Positions 30,458-40,960 of a stretch of 64,000 nt of DNA are shown here, in pieces; position 1 is the first letter of the stretch, and each line of letters starts with the position of its first letter. Below the pieces are notes generated by a model. It did no database searches and was not told the origin of the DNA. It worked only from the letters and a program-made list of their open reading frames with translations. A program made the translations under genes and the position numbers. This DNA comes from Candidatus Woesearchaeota archaeon (lineage in GTDB: Archaea > Nanobdellota > Nanobdellia > Woesearchaeales > GW2011-AR4): contig JACOZN010000012.1 of assembly GCA_016181305.1 (NCBI GenBank), forward strand, positions 965 through 64,964, given 5' to 3'.

Positions 30458-31216
30458 TTACAGCCTCTGGGCTTCCTCAGCCAGAGTGGAGGCGTAGTAC
30501 CTTGCAAAAGCTATGTACGCCAGCAGGATCAGCGCCTGAAAAACTTCCGAGTACCTGTATTTGGCTGAATTTGTTATCCTTGAAATTGCATAAAGCAGGG
30601 AGAGCATCGCAGCGTAAGGCAGAAGAAAAAGATGAATCTTCGCGAAATTAAGCTTGACCGCCTCGATTATCGACTTCAAATTCCGCCTCTTCATGAAAAT
30701 CGTGTACAGCGTGTTGGTGAGGTAAAGCGCCAATATTGCAATTATAACTACAAACACCTGGACAGCCGCGGGCTCCACAAGCCAAAAAATTGCAGAAACC
30801 AGCAGAAGCCAAAACCCCATCCAGGCCAAGTTCAAGCCGAGAAACCTTGAGATCAGCGCAAGGCTTATTCTTGTTTTTGTAGTTTTTGCCCATATGATTC
30901 CCTTGAGGATGCTTGCGGTGAATATTATGGCAACCATTAGGAGTATGGCTGAAAAAATAATGAGGTAATAGAACTGGGACAGCAGCTGGTAAGCTTTGTC
31001 ATAGCCGATGGCAGCCAAATCAGAAGGAGACTGCAGCGGTATTGAGTAGCCTTTTTCTTTTATCCTCTGCAGCCAGAATAGGATGAAATAGCCTGACAGG
31101 AAATAGAACAGCGCATCAAGTATTATTACCAGTATAATTTCCAGGCCGATTTTTTTGACCGATGAAACAAGGACATTGGTGTTCCATTCAAGAAAATCCG
31201 CTTTTTTATTCTTCAT
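30458..31216 (-). CDS. polytopic membrane protein, terminal gene of island module B
   Basis: 252 aa, about 6 TM segments. It starts 5 nt after the 1455-aa gene and parallels the 20864..21691 product. Confidence 0.7.
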   Translation of the reverse strand: MKNKKADFLEWNTNVLVSSVKKIGLEIILVIILDALFYFLSGYFILFWLQRIKEKGYSIPLQSPSDLAAIGYDKAYQLLSQFYYLIIFSAILLMVAIIFTASILKGIIWAKTTKTRISLALISRFLGLNLAWMGFWLLLVSAIFWLVEPAAVQVFVVIIAILALYLTNTLYTIFMKRRNLKSIIEAVKLNFAKIHLFLLPYAAMLSLLYAISRITNSAKYRYSEVFQALILLAYIAFARYYASTLAEEAQRL

Positions 31217-31221
31217 TTTGG

Positions 31222-34200
31222 CTAAAAGTCATTTATGTCGCTGCTGCCGCCTGTTCCGGTAGATGTTGTGGCAGTTGCTGTTGTGCCTGAAATCGGTGTT
31301 GGCTCTCCTGAAGACTCGACTATTGTGTTGCACAATTCCTTGTCCTCGAGCTTCCATCTCAGCGGTATCTCGTCAAACACTATGCAGACTTGGGTGTACA
31401 AAAACGCGCTTTCCTGAACTATTGCATTTCTGCCCATCCTGCCGAAAGTCGAGCCTCTTTTTATTTCCACATCGCTCTTGAAAACATTCACTCTCCTCTC
31501 GCCTTTCAGGAGAACATTGACGTTCATCTCCTCAGGCGCCCTTGGGTCCTTGTCATAGTCGCCGTTCCTGATATTGAATGTTATCATGTAAATGAATTCC
31601 TGCCCGGTACCTGTTTCGATTGCCTCTGTCCTTCTGGCTTCGATATGCGCTCCTATCTGCGCCAAGCCTTGCGGAGTTTCTGCAAAGGCAACTCCCTCGT
31701 CTTCGCCGTCAATATACTGGCTGCAGATTGCGCTGCTCCAGTACTCTGTTCCCAGGTACAGGGTAGCAAATGCCCTGTCAATCTTGTCGCGCCACTGCAT
31801 CAGGGAATCCTCGTCGAAGAACAATGTTGCATAGTATCCCAGGCCCCTGAATTCTGTAAATATTCTTTCCACTTCTGCAAAGAAGCGCTGCGAGTTCAGC
31901 TGCTTTAATGTGAAGCCCTCCTTGCCTTTTTTGCCGTGAACCATCTGGTTGTCGGCTGCTGTTTGCATCAAAGCCAAAATCTCAGAGTCTGCATCTACAA
32001 ATTTTTTCTTCCCCTCTGAATCCAGGTAGTATAAAGTTGGACCGGATAGCAAACCACTTCCTTCAAAGATGCATTCATCCACTGGACATATAGCAGTGAA
32101 AACTTTAATCTTGCCATAGTTAGTGTCAGTAGGATCAAAGCCAAAGGTTTTGTCTATTTCCATGTAACCGCGCGGGGTATCAATTTTTATTCTGTCCTTA
32201 TCGCTATAATCAAATTCGTATTTTTGGCCATCTTTCACAAATTTAACCTCCTGAAGTTCCCCTTTGCTGTTGAATGTTCTTGAAGTAGCGCCTTCTCCAA
32301 GCGTAGGAACACCATCTTCGAGCTTAACACTACCTTCATAAACTTTTTCTATGCCATCTTTAGTTACCTCTCTTTTTACCAAGTCTTTCTGCATTGTCAA
32401 AATATTTTCGCCTTCGAAATTCAGATGCAATCCGCTTTTGTCGCCTATAACGCCTTGCTGGGTTTTGGTTAAATCAACGCCTGCCTTCACAGCCTCAGTT
32501 AATATCTGGTTGCGCCTGTTTTCGTCAGTTACAAGATTTGGGTTTGTGCTTTGCAACTCACTAAATGATTTTCCGCTGAGTTGTGTGGTTTTGCCGTCAA
32601 CAGTGACTTTTACTTCAGCCTTGTCTGTGAGCTGTGCTTGCTTTGGCTCGTATTTTACCTCTATCCTTGAGCCGTCTGCAAGGGTTGTTGTTTCTATCTT
32701 CTGGAATTTCTCCGGATTTAGGGGGTTGTCTGTTATTGTGGTTTTTGTCCGCCTGTCTTCAAATATTTCTGTTCTTGTTTCCTTAATTAAAGACTTGTCT
32801 TTTCCGTATTTTCTGTCTGTAGCAATTTCTGTAGCGCCATCTTTTACAATAACCCTTTGGTCTCCGCCAGGCGCTGTAACTGTTATTGCTCCAGTTTGGG
32901 CATTGTAACTAAATCCCTTCTTGAAGTCAACGCCTTTTAATAATGAAGCATCCGTTGTTATTTCCACGCCGCCATAAACAATCTTCTGTTTGCCTTCAAC
33001 AGGGTTGAAAATTTCAAGCTCATACTGCTTATTGTCTCTTCCTAAAACCAGAATTTTTTCTTTGACAGCAGGCGAAACTGTTCTAGCAGGCGCTGAAACT
33101 GAGAGTATATCAGGCGGTGCGCCCTCCTTTATTTCTTTTGTTGTGCTTCTGACATCTTCTTCGCCCTGAACCAAAACTCTGCCATATTCAACCCTGACAC
33201 AGCTTATTGTTGGCGGGCATTTTCCAACTGGATATTTTTCGAGAGTTTGTGGGTTCACGTCCCTTGCTTTTTGGTCGTCCTCTTGATTAATATAAGTTTG
33301 TTTAGCCAAAGGCTGCGGTTGTTGTATTTGGCGTGGAGCAGGAGAAGGTGCTGAACGCTGTTCCACTAGTGCAGTGGATGCATACTTTTCCAAAAGTACA
33401 AGCTGCCCATTTGGCTCTACCCTGTAAACTTCACTTTCAGTAGTAATATAGTATTTATTATCGGCATCTTTGTAATTAAAACCGACAATATTGCCACTTT
33501 CTTCATCAATTACCGGGCTGGCTTTTAACTCACGATTTCCTGAGAGTATGTAATATTCCCCTCCTTTTTTAATTGCAGGGCCTATTGTTGCTTGTAGTTG
33601 GGTTTCAGTCGCTGGCGTTTCTGGAATTGTTGTAGACTTTTCTTCAATTATATTTACAGTCGCTCTTGATAAGCCATCTGTTAGTCTTACTTCTATTTTT
33701 TTACCCTTATACTTCTCCAATTCTCCCCCTTCTAATGCTCCAACAACCTGATTATTATTGTTGACAATAGTTCCATCTTCTCTTACATTGTATTCTCCCA
33801 ATGTTGTATCTGGATTGTCAGCGAAATCTTGTATTCTTTGATATTTCGGCTTTTCTTGCGAATCTGGTTTACTTGCATCAGCTGGCGCTTGTGCTTCTTG
33901 TATTAAACGAAGAGCTTCACTATGAATTTCATTATATTCATCGGGAGAAACAGTTTCATCAGGATAACAAAGATCGCAGCCCCCCAGTGTTCTAACCCTC
34001 ATTAATTTCAAATTCTCTATGCTGTCTCCGTCAAGATAATACTCCTCTGAGCCTATTTGTATATATTCATTTTTCTGTGCAATCTCAAGAAGCTCAGTAT
34101 CGTATTGCTCTTGGGTTTTTCCCTGTGTTGATACATCAAAAATTTTTCCTAATGGGTTTTCAATGACTTGTGATTCTACAACGCTCTTGATTTCAACATC

Positions 34201-35589
34201 ATAGCTATATGAACCCCTTGGATCTCCTTGTACATTTTTTACAAGAAATTCTTTACTTTGACTTCTGAAAACTTCACCTTCAAGAGGTATGACAAAAATA
34301 CCTTTGGGTACGCCAGTTTCATAAAATCCATAAGCCTCGTCATAATAATACCCTCTTAATCCTGATAAAGTTCCGTAGAAATCCTCTGGTGGTGGATTGT
34401 AAAGTCTGAATGTGTGAACTTCACCATCTTTATCGGTAAATGTTAAAGTTTCCGGAGCTTCCCTTATATCAACTATACCCAATTTTCTGTAGTTTAGGCT
34501 ATTTGACTTTCCAATTTCGGTATTAAGTTTTTCTGGCTCTTGAGTTGCTGAAATTTGTGATATGCTTGCACCAAAATCTTCATTTTGCTGGTAGTCTGTA
34601 TTTTTTCCCAAGTAGCTAAGGTAAACACCTTTGTCGACATTTATGCCGTCTATTATTCCGTACCAATCATCAACTTTTGGATCAAATTTTCCATCACCAT
34701 CAATATCTACCCAGTCTATATAACCCCTGCCTTCAAATTCCCTCCTATATTGGACAGTTTTTATTGTTCCTTGTTGCTGTGTTTCCGAAATCGTACTAAT
34801 CCCCGGAAAACTTGAGCTTTTTTTGATACCCTGGAGATATTCCTGATATGCTTCCTGTGCTTCTTCATTTTCAGGAGGGGCTCCGATTTCAGTCAGTTGC
34901 TGAGCTACATCCTCTAGCTCGGGATTGACAAAAGAAAGCTTATGCACGTCCTTGGCAGGGTACTCCTTTTTGCCGAATAGGCCATAGAATGTAACCTTCC
35001 ATTCTTTTGCGTTATTATCCCAAATGAATATTGCTTTGTCATATAAAAATGGGTCACGCACTTCAGAACGGAAGTAATAGGCTTGATTTTTTGTGGCTCT
35101 TTGCAGTGACTCTGATTTCTTGTCGCTTAAAATCTGGAATCCTGTTATGCGGGCAAGTTTTGAAATTATTGTTATTTCTTCTTCCACAAACTCCCCTTCA
35201 TCCGCAACCTCGCTTTCAGGCAGCCCTGTGAAAGTCTTGTCAAGCCTTGCTGTCCCGTCTGCTTCAACAATCAACAGCCCATTCTGTTCCTCCGGGTTCC
35301 TTACTTTTATGTACAATGAAACATAAGAGTTGAAGCTGTCGAGGTAATACACATAGCCGTTGATTATCTGGTACCATCCCTCGTTTAAATGGCTTAGCTC
35401 ATTCACATTTCTGACTTCAATGGTTTTCAGCCCAAACCCATTTTCGCTTATTGCAGTTTCCTTAGCAACATTGGCTGTTATATTATTTTCATAAACAATA
35501 GATGTTGCCAGTACAAGAGACAAAATTATAATTATGGTTGTGAATACAAGCAGCGCTTCTGCCATTTTACCTGGGATTTTTTGCTTCAT
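31222..35589 (-). CDS. giant anchored/secreted protein (1455 aa)
   Basis: Uninterrupted 4.4 kb ORF with an N-terminal signal anchor (ALLVFTTIIIILSLVLATSIVY). The C-terminal ~250 aa resemble part of the 2179-aa protein. The tail is Thr/Gly-rich. Confidence 0.85.
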   Translation of the reverse strand: MKQKIPGKMAEALLVFTTIIIILSLVLATSIVYENNITANVAKETAISENGFGLKTIEVRNVNELSHLNEGWYQIINGYVYYLDSFNSYVSLYIKVRNPEEQNGLLIVEADGTARLDKTFTGLPESEVADEGEFVEEEITIISKLARITGFQILSDKKSESLQRATKNQAYYFRSEVRDPFLYDKAIFIWDNNAKEWKVTFYGLFGKKEYPAKDVHKLSFVNPELEDVAQQLTEIGAPPENEEAQEAYQEYLQGIKKSSSFPGISTISETQQQGTIKTVQYRREFEGRGYIDWVDIDGDGKFDPKVDDWYGIIDGINVDKGVYLSYLGKNTDYQQNEDFGASISQISATQEPEKLNTEIGKSNSLNYRKLGIVDIREAPETLTFTDKDGEVHTFRLYNPPPEDFYGTLSGLRGYYYDEAYGFYETGVPKGIFVIPLEGEVFRSQSKEFLVKNVQGDPRGSYSYDVEIKSVVESQVIENPLGKIFDVSTQGKTQEQYDTELLEIAQKNEYIQIGSEEYYLDGDSIENLKLMRVRTLGGCDLCYPDETVSPDEYNEIHSEALRLIQEAQAPADASKPDSQEKPKYQRIQDFADNPDTTLGEYNVREDGTIVNNNNQVVGALEGGELEKYKGKKIEVRLTDGLSRATVNIIEEKSTTIPETPATETQLQATIGPAIKKGGEYYILSGNRELKASPVIDEESGNIVGFNYKDADNKYYITTESEVYRVEPNGQLVLLEKYASTALVEQRSAPSPAPRQIQQPQPLAKQTYINQEDDQKARDVNPQTLEKYPVGKCPPTISCVRVEYGRVLVQGEEDVRSTTKEIKEGAPPDILSVSAPARTVSPAVKEKILVLGRDNKQYELEIFNPVEGKQKIVYGGVEITTDASLLKGVDFKKGFSYNAQTGAITVTAPGGDQRVIVKDGATEIATDRKYGKDKSLIKETRTEIFEDRRTKTTITDNPLNPEKFQKIETTTLADGSRIEVKYEPKQAQLTDKAEVKVTVDGKTTQLSGKSFSELQSTNPNLVTDENRRNQILTEAVKAGVDLTKTQQGVIGDKSGLHLNFEGENILTMQKDLVKREVTKDGIEKVYEGSVKLEDGVPTLGEGATSRTFNSKGELQEVKFVKDGQKYEFDYSDKDRIKIDTPRGYMEIDKTFGFDPTDTNYGKIKVFTAICPVDECIFEGSGLLSGPTLYYLDSEGKKKFVDADSEILALMQTAADNQMVHGKKGKEGFTLKQLNSQRFFAEVERIFTEFRGLGYYATLFFDEDSLMQWRDKIDRAFATLYLGTEYWSSAICSQYIDGEDEGVAFAETPQGLAQIGAHIEARRTEAIETGTGQEFIYMITFNIRNGDYDKDPRAPEEMNVNVLLKGERRVNVFKSDVEIKRGSTFGRMGRNAIVQESAFLYTQVCIVFDEIPLRWKLEDKELCNTIVESSGEPTPISGTTATATTSTGTGGSSDINDF

Positions 35590-38500
35590 TTTTTTGTTTT
35601 AACCGGCGTAAAGCCAGAATCTCCTGTTGTCTTTTTTGGCTTTGACTTGTCCTTCAAGTCCAATCTCGAGCAATAATCTTCCCTTACCTTAAATCCTTCA
35701 TCTATAATATTTTTCACATTGCCTATGACTTCCCCTGTTTTCGCCAATAGCCTCCAGCCTTCGCATGCTGTGAATACTGCAGTAGAGGTTGGCGCCGGTG
35801 CAGGGCAAGTCGTCTTGCACAGCAATGCAACTCCGACTCCCAAGGCTGAAAAGGGGTTTGACAAGGCGTCCTTTATTATTCCGGTAAAGTGGTCGAACAC
35901 GGCAGTGTAGGGAATCAGTGCAAAAAGCTCTCCGTAAACATACTTGCAGGTTGAAAATGCTTTCAGGTCCTCGCATGCGGTCACTGGCAGCCCATCCTGC
36001 GCAACAGCGTTTTCCAAACAATCAGCATACAGGCATTTAATCTGCCTGTACTTGTCCAATCCGTAAATTATTCCGGGAATGCACGCAAACAAAGTAGCAA
36101 CTATGAGGTTTCTCTGCGGGTTCATGTATTCTGCAAAGCCTCCTTTGATTTGGTCGCCCACTTTAACCTGCCCTCCAAGAGAATACTTTCCTTCCCCTCC
36201 AGAAACATATTCAGGACTTGGTGTAGGCAGGTATTTTGCTCCGGGCAGGCTGTTAATCATGCCCTTTACGTTATTCTGCCAATATCCTAAAACCCATGGC
36301 GCCCATTGGCAGTTGACAAACTTGCAAGCCTTGACTCCAAAGTCTATGAAGGCATTTTGTGCAGCTTCTTCCCCGGCTTGCTGCGCCCCGCATTGGGCTG
36401 TCTTGGCGTTATAAGCTGCAGTACAAACCGGAATTCCTATTATAGGCAGTCCCCCTTTATAACAATTGTCAGTGAAAATTCCAAGAAGTACTGTTATGGT
36501 GTACATCACAGTAATAATATTGTACAGCGTAGCAAACAATTGGCATATCTTTTTTGCAATGGTGAAAAACTTGTTAAGGCTGGAGATAGCCTTGAAAATG
36601 CCCTCTGCATCATCCTTTGCGTCTTTTATCTTGCGCTGGATTTCGCTGCTTACCTCCCCTAATGGAAGATTTGAAAACAGGAGATTTATCTTTGCAGTTT
36701 CTATCTCCGGGTTTCGTGTTATGTCTGTACCGCTTCCAATCTTCGAGAATATGTTGAAAGAGCAGCTTAGGCTTGCATTGCTGAGCTTGAAGTCATCTTT
36801 CTTCAACGTTATCTTTATGACAGGCGACGTGCTTCCTGGCTCTGTGTTGAAAGTGTCAACGCTGTCCACGATTGATGTGTCGCCTGAGCAGCTTGCAGAC
36901 CCAATGAAAACAGTCGAGACAGCCTTTGTTGCTGATTTCTGGCTTAAGTCAACTTCGCAGAAAACCCTTTGGTTTATCAGCGGACCAAGCTGCCTGTCAA
37001 TTGTTTCAGGAGAGCACTCGGCTTCGCTCGTCCAGAAATTAGGCACAGTGGCGTTTTCCAGGCCATAAGTCTTCAATGACTTTGTAACAATAAGCGTGTT
37101 GCCTGCATTGTCGCTGAAGTTGAACGTTATGAAATCAGAGGCTTCAAGGTTTATGGGGTCAGTAAGCCATATGCATATGTTCTCGTCTGCCTGTATCTTT
37201 TCGCATTCTCCCTTGGCATCCGAGGCATCGCTTATGAAGCTGGAAAAGTCGGCTGATACAAAAACATCGTTGTCTTCTGTGACATTTGCAACTACAGCAA
37301 TCTTGTCGCCTATCTTGAAAAAGCCTGCAAATGCCTGGGCTAAGCCGCCTACATTGGTTATGTTCATGCTCTTCAACTGAGGGGCATCCTGGTCAAGCTT
37401 TACCTCAAGCTGCGTCTCTTCAGCAACTGAGTTTCCAAGCAAATCCGTTGTGTCAGAGCCTATGGAAATTGTGGAAACTGGCCTGAACCTGACATCTTCC
37501 CAGATGCATGTCCATCCTGACTCCTGAATGCAATTTGACGCTTTGAGCTTGGCTCCGTCAACAACAAGTATTGCGTCTTCCGGGCTCAAGCCCGTTGAGT
37601 CGTCGAAAACAGCTGTTACAACATTGCCTGATGCTTTGCCTATCAGCTGCCCGTCTGCCAAAGTGGACGTTGACAAGAGCTGCAAAACAGGCCCTTCCTC
37701 GTCCAAAGAAAGAAGCTTTGTAATTGTGACGCTTCCTTTGTTTCCTGACTTGTCAGAAGCATTGATTATGATATTCTTGAAGCCGCCAGTGCCTGGCTTG
37801 AGCTCAACAGCCCATGCGCATGCGCTTGTGCCGCCTTGCAGTGTGCACGATGCCTTTGCATTTTTTAAGGCTTGGCTGGGGTTTAATGCTGACAAATCAG
37901 CTGTTACTGAACTCAGGCTTAAGTCATCCCCAGATATATTGACAGCCACAACTGCGTCCGAGCCAACAGAGGAATAGGTGCTAATTGCTATGTCTTTTAC
38001 AAAAATGCCAAAAGTGCCGGGCAATGCCAAAGGAGGAGTGTTGTCTATTGTAAATGTTGCCGATGCATCGTCTGAAACCTGGCTGAATTTGTCGGTTGCC
38101 TTTGCAAACACAGAATTCAGGCCGTCGTCAAATACGCCGGAGTTAATGGATATGTTGGAGCTGTAAATGCACTCGCTTGAAGAAATGTCAACCTTTTGGC
38201 TGAGCGAGCTGTCCAGCGTGAAAAACTCTATGCTTTTTATTCCTGCGCACTTGCCGCCGCAGGACGGCTCGTCGCATGCAAAGTCCGCAATGCTGTAAGT
38301 GATGTTAATGTTCTGTCCTGAGGAAAACTTGCTCTTTGGAATGGTTAGCTTAACTTCAGGCGGCTTGTTGTCTATAGCCAATGAGCTTTGCTTTGAGTCG
38401 TCAAGAGTTTTGTCGTCCCTGTAAAGGTTTATTGTGACAGGGAATGATGTTGCATCAAATAATTCTGTGCCGCTGCTTGGGTATCTCAGCGTGCACAAAA

Positions 38501-38774
38501 AGCTTCCATTGGACAATGCATCGCACTTGTCAAACTGAATTCCTGGATCTGCCCCTACAACAATCTGCTCCGGAGTTATCGTGTCTCCGGCAATTGAAGC
38601 CTGCGCTTCCAAGTTGATGAAGTCCTCTTCGCGCGCAAATCCCTGGATATTGTCGCTTCCCTTCACAGACACTGTGCCTATGCCTGCATAGGCGCTTGTA
38701 GTGTAAAAAGGAATTGTCAGCACTAAGACTATCAGGAACGATGCAACAAACTGCATGTATTTTTCATTGCTCAT
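35586..38774 (-). CDS. giant secreted Cys-rich protein (1062 aa)
   Basis: The signal peptide ends LVLTIPFYTTSAYA, the same motif as the 2179-aa protein. It has Ig-like repeats, then hydrophobic segments and a Cys-rich C-terminal region (ACEDLKAFSTC). ATGA overlaps occur at both ends. Confidence 0.85.
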   Translation of the reverse strand: MSNEKYMQFVASFLIVLVLTIPFYTTSAYAGIGTVSVKGSDNIQGFAREEDFINLEAQASIAGDTITPEQIVVGADPGIQFDKCDALSNGSFLCTLRYPSSGTELFDATSFPVTINLYRDDKTLDDSKQSSLAIDNKPPEVKLTIPKSKFSSGQNINITYSIADFACDEPSCGGKCAGIKSIEFFTLDSSLSQKVDISSSECIYSSNISINSGVFDDGLNSVFAKATDKFSQVSDDASATFTIDNTPPLALPGTFGIFVKDIAISTYSSVGSDAVVAVNISGDDLSLSSVTADLSALNPSQALKNAKASCTLQGGTSACAWAVELKPGTGGFKNIIINASDKSGNKGSVTITKLLSLDEEGPVLQLLSTSTLADGQLIGKASGNVVTAVFDDSTGLSPEDAILVVDGAKLKASNCIQESGWTCIWEDVRFRPVSTISIGSDTTDLLGNSVAEETQLEVKLDQDAPQLKSMNITNVGGLAQAFAGFFKIGDKIAVVANVTEDNDVFVSADFSSFISDASDAKGECEKIQADENICIWLTDPINLEASDFITFNFSDNAGNTLIVTKSLKTYGLENATVPNFWTSEAECSPETIDRQLGPLINQRVFCEVDLSQKSATKAVSTVFIGSASCSGDTSIVDSVDTFNTEPGSTSPVIKITLKKDDFKLSNASLSCSFNIFSKIGSGTDITRNPEIETAKINLLFSNLPLGEVSSEIQRKIKDAKDDAEGIFKAISSLNKFFTIAKKICQLFATLYNIITVMYTITVLLGIFTDNCYKGGLPIIGIPVCTAAYNAKTAQCGAQQAGEEAAQNAFIDFGVKACKFVNCQWAPWVLGYWQNNVKGMINSLPGAKYLPTPSPEYVSGGEGKYSLGGQVKVGDQIKGGFAEYMNPQRNLIVATLFACIPGIIYGLDKYRQIKCLYADCLENAVAQDGLPVTACEDLKAFSTCKYVYGELFALIPYTAVFDHFTGIIKDALSNPFSALGVGVALLCKTTCPAPAPTSTAVFTACEGWRLLAKTGEVIGNVKNIIDEGFKVREDYCSRLDLKDKSKPKKTTGDSGFTPVKTKK

Positions 38775-40894
38775 TTTAACTGGAATGACGGCTGCAGGGC
38801 AGCCTGGTATGTTTTTGAGTAATCCTCAACCCTGTTCATCTGCTCAATGTCCTCTATCACCCTCTGGCTTTCAGGCACATCTGCAATGCCTATGCTGACT
38901 GCATAAAGCACGATTGTATTGTGCTTTTCAAGCTCGTTTGCGCCAATCGTGAAATTCAGCTTAAGCCCTCCCTCATTGAAATTCTCTCCATAATCAATTT
39001 TTTGTATTGTAAAGCATTCTTTGCCTCCGAAAAATCCCTTCTTGACGCACTTCTGCCTTTCGGGAATCACTATCATTTCGTTGAGCAATAGTGTTATGTC
39101 AGCCGAGTAAGCGCCTGGCGCAATTTCTATTTCGCTTGACTCTTTCTGCTGCCCTTCGTAGCCGGCAATTGAGGAAAAATCAAGCTCGGTGCCGTCGCTG
39201 ATTCTTGTCAGTACAACAGATGCCGACTCTTTGCTGCTCAAATCAGCAGCGGCATCGGAAAACTGCCATCCTTGCGGAGTCTTTACGACACTTTTTTTCC
39301 TGACAATCAGGTTTTTTGTGTAGATTGGGGTGAGCTGCGCCTCAACAGAATCTTCCCTGCCTGCTTTCGGGTCATACTCAACAGCCTTTCCTATGTAGCC
39401 GTCTTTGACTATGCTGACACTTCCGCCAACTCCAACAGGGAACTGCTCCTTCAAAATCCCGTTTGCATCTGTTGCGCCTATAAAGCAGCTTTCTCCTATA
39501 ATAGTGTAAAGCACCTGCGCATCTTCAACTGATTTTTTTGCTGCCGCATCAGCAGCATGTATTGTTATGTTGCCGCTTGTCCTTGAGTCGCAGAGCAGTG
39601 TCCTTTCCGACAATGAAGCCCTTTCCAAAGGAGCAAATCCAGCAGGCATGGGCTTGTTGTTCCTTATGTTGCCTTCAAGGAAGAAATTAAATGAGTAGCC
39701 CTGCCCGTTCAGCGCAAGGGGGTCCTGCACTTCAACCATCACAGGAAACGACAAGTCATACACAAACCTGTACTGCTGTATTCCGAAAAATGAAATCAGG
39801 CTGTTTGCAGAACTCGGCATGCACCGCTCGCCATTGCAGTTGAGCTCAAAGTACGCAGGCCAGAAATCAAGGTAAGTGAAATAAGCTGCAAGGTTTCTGA
39901 ATGAGCTGTTCGCAACAGGGATTATGGTTGAGTCGTAAAGCCTTTGGGCAAGCTCCGACTCAAATTCGTTCCTCTCGTAATTGTAAGTTCCGTCAACCTG
40001 GAAAAGAGGTATGTAAGATGTAAGCAGCCCGGTAACCTTATTTTTAACGTCGCTTTTCCTCCAGCTTGTTGACGAGCCGAACTTGAACTGCAGGTCCGAC
40101 ATGGGAGGCAGTTTTGACTTGTCAGTGCCTGAAAAAGCCACAAGCAAATTCAGGGCGTGCTTCTCAATGTAGCGGTGCTTTATCTCCATGTTTGTAATCT
40201 TTGTAGCCAGGTCATAGATTTTGTCAAGATTTATCGGAATTCTTGCAACGGACTGGCTCAGCCTTGTATTTGCAGCTTCTTTTTCTATATCCAGCGGATA
40301 GTCCACTATGACCAAAACATCGCTGGACGCTATTGTGACATCCGCATTTAATTTTCCGGCTTCGCTGATTTTGAATCCCTGGTCTGCAAATGGCTCGAAA
40401 TTTCTTGTGCATTCCCTGAACTTCAGGTTGATATGCCTTTCCAGCTGCTTTTCAATCGAATTGTCAGTTTGCCTGAGCTCGGGCCTTTTGGAAGAAAACC
40501 TGCAGTCGCCTTTGCAGCTGTTCGCCGACTTTAAATACCACCAGTACGCAGTTTTCAGCCCGGAGCCTTTTGTGAACTCGACAGCATCGCTTTCTGTGGG
40601 GTTTTGTGTTATTATGAACGCCTCCCTGTTCAGGCTCTTGTCTGCAAAGCTTATGTAGCCGCCCTGCTTTCCTATTATATTCAGCCCTTCCACTGCAACA
40701 GAATAAGCGCAGTCGTCCAGGTATTTTTTCACAGGGTCAAATTCAAGAGGCACCTGCTCCTGCACAATCCTCACTTCAGGCTCGAGCGGCTTGGCAATCT
40801 TCTGGGTGGTGTAGAAAAATATAGCGCCTCCGAGTATTATGACCAAGCCGACTATCATGAAAATTGTCGTCTGTGATTTTCTATTCAATTTCAT
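38771..40894 (-). CDS. KxQ-anchor / GGY-domain family protein (707 aa), paralog 2
   Basis: MKLNRKSQTTIFMIVGLVIILGGAIFFY, CAYSVAVEGLNIIGKQGGY, FRECTRNFEPF, VLVIVDYPLDI, IPINLDKIYDLA. Confidence 0.8.
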   Translation of the reverse strand: MKLNRKSQTTIFMIVGLVIILGGAIFFYTTQKIAKPLEPEVRIVQEQVPLEFDPVKKYLDDCAYSVAVEGLNIIGKQGGYISFADKSLNREAFIITQNPTESDAVEFTKGSGLKTAYWWYLKSANSCKGDCRFSSKRPELRQTDNSIEKQLERHINLKFRECTRNFEPFADQGFKISEAGKLNADVTIASSDVLVIVDYPLDIEKEAANTRLSQSVARIPINLDKIYDLATKITNMEIKHRYIEKHALNLLVAFSGTDKSKLPPMSDLQFKFGSSTSWRKSDVKNKVTGLLTSYIPLFQVDGTYNYERNEFESELAQRLYDSTIIPVANSSFRNLAAYFTYLDFWPAYFELNCNGERCMPSSANSLISFFGIQQYRFVYDLSFPVMVEVQDPLALNGQGYSFNFFLEGNIRNNKPMPAGFAPLERASLSERTLLCDSRTSGNITIHAADAAAKKSVEDAQVLYTIIGESCFIGATDANGILKEQFPVGVGGSVSIVKDGYIGKAVEYDPKAGREDSVEAQLTPIYTKNLIVRKKSVVKTPQGWQFSDAAADLSSKESASVVLTRISDGTELDFSSIAGYEGQQKESSEIEIAPGAYSADITLLLNEMIVIPERQKCVKKGFFGGKECFTIQKIDYGENFNEGGLKLNFTIGANELEKHNTIVLYAVSIGIADVPESQRVIEDIEQMNRVEDYSKTYQAALQPSFQLK

Positions 40895-40960
40895 TTTATT
40901 GTTTTATTTTTTAATGAATTTTTTTATTATGTTTTATTCTAAATCTATTTTTAATTTAAA

